This document shows positions 32,228-40,241 of a stretch of 40,241 nt of DNA, piece after piece; positions within the stretch are counted from its first letter, which is position 1; the number at the start of each line of letters is the position of its first letter. The DNA is taken from NCBI GenBank assembly GCA_025603075.1, contig MU626431.1, forward strand, positions 1-40,241, read 5' to 3'. This DNA is from Neoconidiobolus thromboides FSU 785 (lineage: Eukaryota; Fungi; Entomophthoromycota). Both the position numbers and the translations under genes were made by a program. The notes under the pieces are model-generated. The model had not been told where the DNA came from. It made no database searches and saw only the letters and a list, made by a program, of their open reading frames with translations.

Positions 32228-34915
32228 TCATTCACCTGAAGTGAGTGGATATGTTGAAGAAAGAGAATTAATATTAGTACGATTACTTTGATCTTGGTCG
32301 CTTTCTGGGAGTGTCATACTTATAGGAGAACAGCAAAAACAGGTTCTTCTTTTTAATAGTTTTTGGTACACCTTTGGATCAATTTTTTGTGGAAGCCATA
32401 ACTTGGGTAACGTTCCATGGATAGCTGGATTCCCATAACCTTCAATACCTGAATCTAAAACACCATAGAATTTCAACATTGTAGATTGACTATAATCAGT
32501 ACGAACATTTGGTTCTGCAATATATTGTTGATCATCCATGTATGGCTCTGATACCAAATTACTTGCTACATCTTCTTCTTGGTGTTGTGTGGCTGGCCCA
32601 AACCTATACTTATCACTTGCTTCAGAAACTGGTATTGAAAGCGAGTCAATCGCATGCTCACCTCCAAAATCATGGTTTAAGGATGTTGCTGCACTCAAAT
32701 TGGCGCTGCTGATCAAATCATTCCTTGCTAATAAAGATTCTGTCGTATTATCATTATTGATTAAATAATCTGCAGGTAAATATTTACAATCATTTGGATA
32801 AGCTTTGGGCATATAATAAGCAAATATTGATGTAAAAATTATTAATGGTAACATAGCAATCGATAATGGATAAAAATTTTTTAAACCAAAATATCCTGTC
32901 ATTAATAACTGCTTTAAAAACACCCCTACCATAATTCTATTAAATATACATGGCCATAGCATACCCCCAGTTTCATAATTTCTATAAGCTACGTATAACA
33001 TTATATACTTGTTTACAAAATGACCAACAACATAATAACATGTACCGACCACTAATATCAATGGGGATATAACTGAATAGGTCATAGTCAAAGTAAAGAC
33101 TAAGAGTGGTTGTCCTAAAAGCCATCCATAGTCAATAAATGAAGGGGCAAGTAATTCAGCAAAATCACGTGGAGTTTTTGAAAATATACGACGATAGAAA
33201 TAAAAGAATACAGGACCCAGTTGAACAAGTTGAAGTGGGAAATAGCCGATTCCTAAAATCATTACATAGTTTACAAAGAAAGGTGCTACTTCAGGTAGAG
33301 ATCCTGCCAATAAATTTGGAATGTTTGTTGGATTTTTTAACACATCATCAAATATTGTTTTAATAAATGTAGTTGAAATAGTAAAAACTAATAAAACATT
33401 GACAAAGAGAAACAAGTAATGCTTCGATATAGTGTCCCTTTCAATTGAACTTATTGACTTGTTTCCTTGTACAATAGTAAGCCCAGTAAAAATTAAAGGC
33501 GTTATAGCAATAAAAGTGATAGTAGCAACGGTAGGCAAGAAACCAGATAAAAGATCATAAATATATGGACTAGCATCCTGCAAATCTTTCAAAAATGGTA
33601 ACACCTTAACTAATTTTTCAATCTGTAATAATGAGGAAATAACTGAAAGTGGGATGGTATAAAAAAAAGTGACGAGCCCTACTGCAACATAAACAAAAAA
33701 CCTTCTTAATGATTGCTCTCTTGCTGTTATTCCTAAATTAGCCCAATATATGTCTCTTGGCTCTGGGGCGAGTTCAGTCCTTAAACGAAATGGTATTGAG
33801 TTTGGATTTACTTGTGAAACCAAATGAGCAGAGCGGATATCTTTAAAAGTAACGAAGCCAACTCCTGTTGTACGAAATTTATTATCTTTTAAGCGAAGAA
33901 GATTTATTGAAGCATCGATATCTTTAATTTGTTTATATTTATGATTGATGGCATCCAATTTGTTTCCAACAATACCAAAAAAACCAGCTTTAACTTGAGG
34001 TCTTTCCTTTTCTCCTACTTGTATTAATTTGGAATGTGATATGGCTTCTTCTAACTCTTGTGGATTATAATTCTCTTTTATGCATGGATTACCAATCCAT
34101 GAAGTTATAGTACTTTCTAGACTTATTAAAATATCAGCTCGCTTTCTAACTAATCTTGTTAATTCAGCTGCACTATGACAAATCCTTACACATCCTACAT
34201 TGCCAAAATCCATCGATGTGAAATACTTGGCCAATGATTGTTCGTTTCTTAAACTATGAGGGATGCCTTCCACCAAAACTGATCGTGCAGTAACACTATG
34301 CTTAGCCTTCAATAGAAAATTCCACCTTAAAAATGAAAATATTTGATACTCTCTATGGAGCATAAACATGGTAATTAAGGAAAAGATGTATACCCCTACA
34401 AAATGGGCAACTAAATAATAACTTCCTTCTGGTACAGCTTTTATAGACCAACGGAAAGTTACATCAAATCCTTTTTCTGACTCTTCAGGAGTAACAGGGA
34501 TAAAAGAAGTGATCATTATCAAAACAAAAACCCCGTAAATTGAGCACAACCCAAATATTATTGCTGAAAGTTTAAAAAACCTTAAATGCATTAAAGAATC
34601 TAACCCAACTAAATCCAAGACTTCCTCTTCTTTAATCTTAAATAATGGAACAAACCATCCAAATAATGTTTTTGGGATTATCGGAGGTGGCCTATTTGTC
34701 AATTTTTCTTTTGAAGAATAGAGCGAACGCCATGTTACTCTTAATATTGAAAAGGCTATAATAGAGACTAAACCAATTACTATTGAAACTATAAATTGTA
34801 CACCTGGACTAGATCTATTCCCATTTTGAGCTACAAAATAACCATCACCTACTTCACCAACTATATCTTCAAGCCAACTTGCGATTACATCAAAGAATGA
34901 GTTTGAAGAAGACAT
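32228..34915 (-). CDS. OSCA/TMEM63/CSC1 (Rsn1-like) calcium-permeable channel, intronless, 895 aa
   Basis: GLDSLMHLRFFK, GVGFVTF, LAPEPRDIYWANL, FFVNYV, YSVISPLIL, YETGGMLWP: DUF221/RSN1_7TM motifs. Confidence 0.93.
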   Translation of the reverse strand: MSSSNSFFDVIASWLEDIVGEVGDGYFVAQNGNRSSPGVQFIVSIVIGLVSIIAFSILRVTWRSLYSSKEKLTNRPPPIIPKTLFGWFVPLFKIKEEEVLDLVGLDSLMHLRFFKLSAIIFGLCSIYGVFVLIMITSFIPVTPEESEKGFDVTFRWSIKAVPEGSYYLVAHFVGVYIFSLITMFMLHREYQIFSFLRWNFLLKAKHSVTARSVLVEGIPHSLRNEQSLAKYFTSMDFGNVGCVRICHSAAELTRLVRKRADILISLESTITSWIGNPCIKENYNPQELEEAISHSKLIQVGEKERPQVKAGFFGIVGNKLDAINHKYKQIKDIDASINLLRLKDNKFRTTGVGFVTFKDIRSAHLVSQVNPNSIPFRLRTELAPEPRDIYWANLGITAREQSLRRFFVYVAVGLVTFFYTIPLSVISSLLQIEKLVKVLPFLKDLQDASPYIYDLLSGFLPTVATITFIAITPLIFTGLTIVQGNKSISSIERDTISKHYLFLFVNVLLVFTISTTFIKTIFDDVLKNPTNIPNLLAGSLPEVAPFFVNYVMILGIGYFPLQLVQLGPVFFYFYRRIFSKTPRDFAELLAPSFIDYGWLLGQPLLVFTLTMTYSVISPLILVVGTCYYVVGHFVNKYIMLYVAYRNYETGGMLWPCIFNRIMVGVFLKQLLMTGYFGLKNFYPLSIAMLPLIIFTSIFAYYMPKAYPNDCKYLPADYLINNDNTTESLLARNDLISSANLSAATSLNHDFGGEHAIDSLSIPVSEASDKYRFGPATQHQEEDVASNLVSEPYMDDQQYIAEPNVRTDYSQSTMLKFYGVLDSGIEGYGNPAIHGTLPKLWLPQKIDPKVYQKLLKRRTCFCCSPISMTLPESDQDQSNRTNINSLSSTYPLTSGE

Positions 34916-35664
34916 TTTAAAAAGTTAAAATAATCAATGTTTATTTTTTTTAAATCTGTTATTTATGATTCCATTTTTATGTCATCTTAAATTGACTGTA
35001 ATTAATATCAATTTCCTTAAATCTTAAAATGATGCAATTATGATAATTACATAGATTATTTGCTAAAAAAAGGCGCTAAAATTAGGCTTAAAGTTAAGCT
35101 ATGATGTAAATGATTCAGTTTGATTTATTTTTCTGTTGCCTCTCAAATACTAATATTCAATTAATTAAACCTTTGACAAAATGTCTTTTTAAAAAATTAA
35201 GATAGTGACAAGTACCCTTATCTACTTAAGATATAAAACAATGATTAAGATAAAAGGGAGAGTTTTGATAGATGAATTCAGAGATACTTAGAAAAAAATC
35301 TTCCTTTAAGGCTTTTTGATTTATATTAAAAATGTTTCTACTATTTGTTTAGAATTCTAAGCTTAAATAACCTCCAACTATCTAAGAACATTCTTTTAAC
35401 CAAAAAAATCCAATTACAAAAGCTAAAGAAGGTGGTACTCGGAAATTAAATTTGTAAAGAAATGAAATAAAAAGCTTATAGTTAGCCCAAGCCTTATTAG
35501 CTATAAAGACTTTTTAATATTTATTTAATGATATTAACATTTTTTATTATGCAAAAAATGTACAAATAAAGTCAAGACAGACCAAATATTCATCACGACT
35601 GTTACAGCTCTTGTAACTTAACGACTTATTTAAGAAAATTTTATATTACACATTATTAAAATAT

Positions 35665-35762
35665 GAGAGTGTTTTTTTTGACTTCATTATCTTTTCCATT
35701 TTTAAGTGTTATTTGAGTGGAAAATTTGTTAGTAAAATTCTTAAACACAAAAATACATCCCC
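35665..35762 (-). mobile_element. MITE-like element copy 5
   Basis: ATAT|GAGAGTGTTTTTTTTG...AATACATCCCC|ATAT, 98 bp. Confidence 0.85.
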
Positions 35763-35882
35763 ATATAAAAGTCAGGCTTTAAAAAATCAGCTATATAAAT
35801 AATTTGCCCAAAAAGCTGCTATTAAAAAAGTTACAAAAGCTATCAGTCGTAATAAATTTAATTCTTAAAATCTAAAAAATAT

Positions 35883-35977
35883 GGGTGTTTTTTTGGCTTC
35901 ATTACTTTTTCCACCTTTTAAGCGCTACTTTAGCGGAAAAATTTTGGTAAAATTATTAAATACAAAAACATATCCCC
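35883..35977 (-). mobile_element. MITE-like element copy 6
   Basis: ATAT|GGGTGTTTTTTTGG...CATATCCCC|ATAT, 95 bp. Confidence 0.85.
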
Positions 35978-36190
35978 ATATATTAAAAATAAATATCTTC
36001 CTAGATATTGTATTTATAAAAAAAACATTAATATAGATTTGAACTTAAACTTGTGCACAATTATATAAAATCATACTACAAAAGGATAAAAAATAAAAAA
36101 TAAAGTTAAAAGACAAAGTTATTTAGTATATATAAAAACCTATTTTAAATTTAGATAATAATAAAACATATAAATTTATATAGTTTTTTT

Positions 36191-36250
36191 TACTTAAATA
36201 GCATTTAAAAATAGAAAAAGTGGGTAAAGCCAAAAAGAAGATTCTTGTAT
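36191..36250 (+). mobile_element. Degenerate partial copy (right half) of the MITE-like family
   Basis: TACTTAAATAGCATTTAAAAATAGAAAAAGTGGGTAAAGCCAAAAAG aligns to consensus CACTCAAATAGCGCTTAAAAGATGGAAAAAGTAATGAAGTCAAAAAA. Confidence 0.5.
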
Positions 36251-36369
36251 AATAATTTAATAATATTTTCATGTAAGTTGGATTTGATTTAATTTTAATT
36301 AGTTAAAAACAGTAAAATTTTGTAGTAGAGTTTTTAAATTATTTTCAATTAAATTTTTAATAAGCATAT

Positions 36370-36466
36370 GGGGATGTATTTTATGTTTAAGAATTTTACT
36401 AATAATTTTCCCACTCAAATAGGACTTAAAAAATGGAAAAAGTAATGAAGTCAAAAAAACACCCTC
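36370..36466 (+). mobile_element. MITE-like element copy 7
   Basis: ATAT|GGGGATGTATTTTATG...CACCCTC|ACAT, 97 bp. Confidence 0.85.
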
Positions 36467-36733
36467 ACATAATAAACTTTTTTATATATTAAATAATCTT
36501 GCTTTTTGGCTTAATTTTATGTAAGAAATTTTCTAAAGTATTTATTTTTTTCAAATTTACTAAAAAAATATTATTTTTATATTTTAATATTCATATTTAG
36601 TAGTTATAATAAAAAGTTTTAACTAACAATGCATTTTATATATAGCGTTTTAATACAAGATATAAAAACTTTTTCTCATAGTAGTTTTTATTTTTAATTA
36701 TATTATTTTTATTAAGCTTGTATATAATTATAT

Positions 36734-36831
36734 GGGAGCGTTTTTTTGGTTTTATCATTTTTTTGATTTTCTAAGCATTATTTAACCGGAAAAATTATTA
36801 GTAGAATTTTTAAGCAGAAAAACACACTCCT
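36734..36831 (-). mobile_element. MITE-like element copy 8
   Basis: ATAT|GGGAGCGTTTTTTTGG...CACACTCCT|ATAT, 98 bp, diverged. Confidence 0.75.
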
Positions 36832-37060
36832 ATATTTTTAATTTACTTTAAGTTGCTTTTCTTTCCTTGCCATAACTATGGTATAATAAAAGTTATATAT
36901 ACTTGTTAACTATATATTTAAATGCTTTTCTTTCATTTAATTATTTTTATTTTCAATATAAGCATCTGAATAAATTATAATTAAACTAACAATAAAGTCA
37001 TTTATATAATCGTCTGTTATCTTTGAAAAATTTAAAACTAAGTACTTACGAGAATGATAT

Positions 37061-37155
37061 AAAAGTGTTTTTTTGGCTTCACTTTCTCTATCTTTTAAGC
37101 ACTATTTAAGCGAAAAAATTACTAGTAAAATTTTTAAACCTAGAAATACATCCCT
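37061..37155 (-). mobile_element. MITE-like element copy 9
   Basis: ATAT|AAAAGTGTTTTTTTGG...TACATCCCT|ATAT, 95 bp. Confidence 0.8.
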
Positions 37156-38261
37156 ATATAAAATATATCAACGTTAAATCTATATGAAATTTATAAGTTT
37201 AAAACTTTTACATGAAATTAAGTTTTCAAATGATGTAATATTATATACTATTACTTTACTCCAATAGAGCTCATTCCTTTGATTGAAAGACATAGAAGTT
37301 GTATTATATATAAGATATCGTAAAATAAATTTCATTAAACATTGTATCATCCAGTAAATCAAACATTTTTAATTTTAATAGTAAAGAAATTGTGATATAA
37401 TCAAGATAATATTAGTAATCTCGGCTTTAATTACAAAGATGATTGGAGGCTCATTAAATAGTTTATTACTTTTTTTATGCTGAGTACAATAATTAAGATC
37501 ATTTTAAGTTCTTTATGGATTAATTAGGACAATATATATTTTATTTTAAGGTATTTTTTAATTTAATCAAATCCGCGAGTTATATATGACAAATGTTTTA
37601 GTTTAGAGAGTCTTCCTTTGAAGAAGCAATTATTTATTATATGATTCAACTTTTTAATGTTACATTATTACATTTAGTATATATGTTACTTTATATATAA
37701 CAAAACTAACAAGGTTTTTTCGAAACTTCTATAAACTTCAATTTAAACTTTTAGCTACAAGCAAATTTAATTTAATTCAATATAAAGAGTTTAGATAAAA
37801 CTTGAATATAAATAAAATTAGTTTAAAATAGATATATAAAGAAATAGTTTTGATATCTAATATTCTCATTGTCAATTTATTAGTTAATATATTTTGTCAC
37901 ATTCCATTACACTTTTAAAAGCTACTTTTAATTGTTATATAGTATTATATACATTTCCTACTTGATAGCTCCAATTAAAAGTATGCTGGTAAATAGTTTC
38001 AAATTTAGTCAAAATAAACACGATTTTTTTAAACCATAGTAAATTCATCTATTCTTAATTGAGAATTAGACTACATGTACAATTATAACCTGGGATACCG
38101 TAAATAAAAAACAAAGAACTATTTAATACTTACAAGTTATATTTATAATTAAAATAGCAACTCGACTCATAGATCTTAAAAATATAAAAGAATAATTGTA
38201 AAATACCACTATTTAAAAGATGCAAGATTCGAATTAATAAATCTTACTTCTTAACTATAAC

Positions 38262-39434
38262 ATGAAATTTATTAATCTCATTTCCGCCATTTTATTAGGT
38301 GCTAGTTTAAGCGCAGCTCAAGCTGAAGATGAAATTAAGGTTGAACGTTCCTTGGTAACCGAAGAGCCCAGTGCTAGTGTCGTAAATAGAGTTCAAAACG
38401 ATAGTTCAAACTCGGAAACCATATCTTATGGACCTGATCTTAAGATTGAAAAAGCTTTTCAAGACCAGTTCCCAGTTTCGGTTGCTGTTTCAAGTAAAGG
38501 ACGTAAATTTGTTAGTTTTCCACACTGGGAACAAAACAATGGTCGTAGCTTGGTAGAAATTATAAACGGTAAAGAATATTACTTCCCTAGTGCTACTATG
38601 AATGATGTCAGGTTTAAGTATGGATTTAATAATATTCATGCTTTATATATCGATGCCGAAGATCGTTTATGGGTTTTGGATACTGGAAGAGTTACTAATA
38701 ATGTTCGTCCTATTTCTGCAACTAAGTTTTATGTATTCGACCTAAAGACTGATCGTTTATTAAGAACTTATACTTTCCCCAAAGAAGTAGAATACCCTGC
38801 GTCTCAGCTTCAAGATATTCGCTTTGACGCTGACTTGAAGTATGGCTTTATTACCGATGCCTCTGTTCCAGGAATTGCAGTTTTGAATTTAGAAACTGGA
38901 AAATCATTTAGAAGATTAACTAATCATTCTTCTACTACCGCTGTTGACAACTTCTCTTTGACAATTGAAGGCAAAGTTGTAAAACCTGGAGGCAAACCTG
39001 CAAAGATCCACTCTAATGGAGTTGAAATATCTAAAGATAAAAAAACTCTTTACTATGCCCCTGTATCTTCTCGTTCGCTTTATTCAGTGCCTGTACAGGC
39101 TTTAACTGATGAAAATTTAGAAGATCACGAAGTAGCCGAGTTCGTTAACGTTGAAGTTGCTGATAAAGGATCTGCAACCGCTGGTTTAATTTCTGATAAA
39201 GATGGAAACATTTATTTAACTAATCTTGAGCAAAATTCTATTACCAAATACAACCCACAAACTAAAGAGCTTTCACTTATTGTGCGTCGCCCAGACTTGC
39301 TTTGGCCAGATACCCTTTCTATCCATAACAATACCTTATTCATTACTTCAAATCAAATGAACCGTAGGGCACTTTTCAATAACGGGGTTGATGCTAGACG
39401 GGCTCCTTACTTTTTATTCTCTATCCCACTTTAA
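38262..39434 (+). CDS. Secreted yellow / major royal jelly protein (MRJP) family beta-propeller, intronless
   Basis: Signal peptide MKFINLISAILLGASLSAAQA; GRKFVSFP, DRLWVLDTG, FDLKTDRLLRTYTFP, SNGVEIS, LYYAPVSS, LLWPDTL motifs. Confidence 0.9.
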   Translation: MKFINLISAILLGASLSAAQAEDEIKVERSLVTEEPSASVVNRVQNDSSNSETISYGPDLKIEKAFQDQFPVSVAVSSKGRKFVSFPHWEQNNGRSLVEIINGKEYYFPSATMNDVRFKYGFNNIHALYIDAEDRLWVLDTGRVTNNVRPISATKFYVFDLKTDRLLRTYTFPKEVEYPASQLQDIRFDADLKYGFITDASVPGIAVLNLETGKSFRRLTNHSSTTAVDNFSLTIEGKVVKPGGKPAKIHSNGVEISKDKKTLYYAPVSSRSLYSVPVQALTDENLEDHEVAEFVNVEVADKGSATAGLISDKDGNIYLTNLEQNSITKYNPQTKELSLIVRRPDLLWPDTLSIHNNTLFITSNQMNRRALFNNGVDARRAPYFLFSIPL

Positions 39435-40151
39435 TAATAATTAATAATTGATTAAATATCTATTAAAATGGATGTTTATAAATTTATTAGCACATAAAAA
39501 TTTAACATTAAATAGTCAATCTTATAATATATTTGAGTTTTATTTTGTAATACTTATTGATATTTTTGTATAAAAGGTAAAAGCCATAAAACAAGTTACA
39601 GTTAGATGTCTTTTGTTGTTTTTAATTTGCATTTGGGTTCTTTTAGCACAAATTTAAAGCGTTTGGATTGATATACTCATTAAATTCATATTAAAAAAAT
39701 CAGATACAAATTAAAAACAACAAAGGAGATTTAACTGCAACTCATGGTAACAATTATTAAATCAAAAAATAGCCATTATTTTTTTGTTTAGGATTTTAAT
39801 AAATAAAAAATAAGAGCTATCAAAACGAAAATATACTCTATACTAATCTAAAGTTGCATTTTAGAGTGCATTTGTATTATCTTGTAATATAACTTTTTAT
39901 ATTTATTATAAAAATTTGCATGTGTATTTTGTGTATTCTTGTTTTCTTACATTAAGCTATGAAGTTATTAGTAGTTATCTTTGAACATTCAAACATAAAA
40001 TGTAAAACTGTAAATGGTGTCTACCAATCACTTAATAATGTTATTTTTCATACAGAGAAATCGCAAAATTTTTATTGTATAGAATAATGTATTCAATAAA
40101 TAGACAATGAAAAGTATAATGAAATGTTATAGCAAAAGTTATTAAAAATAT

Positions 40152-40241
40152 AGGGATGTTTTTTGACTTCCTCATTTTTTCCGTCTTTTAAGCGCTATTT
40201 GAGTGGAAAAATTGTTAGTAAAATTCTTAAATACAAAAATA
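40152..40241 (-). mobile_element. MITE-like element copy 10, cut by the window end
   Basis: ATAT|AGGGATGTTTTTTGACTTC...TTTTAAGCGCTATTTGAGTGGAAAAATTGTTAGTAAAATTCTTAAATAC. Confidence 0.85.

Noticed and set aside
35661-37159. CRISPR-like array reading of the clustered repeats
   Set aside because: Repeats are ~97 bp, in both orientations, irregularly spaced and also dispersed; eukaryotic context with no cas genes.
37180-37366. Possible F-box relic (MFDLLDDTMFNEIYF...LCLSIK) on the minus strand
   Set aside because: Too short, interrupted by stops, similarity too weak to support.
37448-37459. 12-mer GGCTCATTAAAT identical to 18S rRNA near Am99/100 (possible minus-strand snoRNA guide)
   Set aside because: The minus-strand guide is followed by CTCC rather than a CTGA D box, and no C box is evident.
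9509-37724. TTTCGAAA motif upstream of several genes (~9509, ~11987, ~37717)
   Set aside because: Only three occurrences at inconsistent distances; cannot separate from background without a count.
1-40241. tRNA, rRNA and transposase genes
   Set aside because: No cloverleaf or T-loop motifs, rRNA-like tracts or DDE/RT coding regions found by eye.

Overview
AT-rich eukaryotic DNA with many short GT-AG introns. The gene set (SPT8, PPG1, SCP160, NUP82, Rsc7/Swp82 domain, GatF) points to a fungus, probably an early-diverging lineage such as a Conidiobolus-like Zoopagomycota (inference from gene content and style, not a database match). About 18 intact protein genes were assembled by hand across introns: a secreted repeat protein, PPG1, TMEM242/Aim11-like, two eEF1Bgamma-type GSTs, an orphan, an HPP protein, SEM1, p23/SBA1, GatF, ALKBH1, RPL3, SPT8, F-box/LRR, Rsc7-PHD, SCP160, NUP82, OSCA/TMEM63 and yellow/MRJP. 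There are two pseudogenes (a GST and a probable kelch membrane protein). Structure not explained by the ORF track: (1) a 95-98 bp MITE-like family with about 15-bp GGGG...CCCC terminal inverted repeats and ATAT flanks, in 10 copies plus one fragment, with no transposase in the window; (2) a candidate stand-alone box C/D snoRNA whose D-box guide is complementary to the U6 snRNA internal stem-loop, in the register for C62; (3) a birth-and-death cluster of GST-only eEF1Bgamma paralogues, each near a MITE; (4) an Rsc7 domain fused to a metazoan-style double PHD finger; (5) an intronless secreted yellow/MRJP gene in a MITE-dense region. Exon boundaries and coordinates were read by eye and may be off by a few bases.
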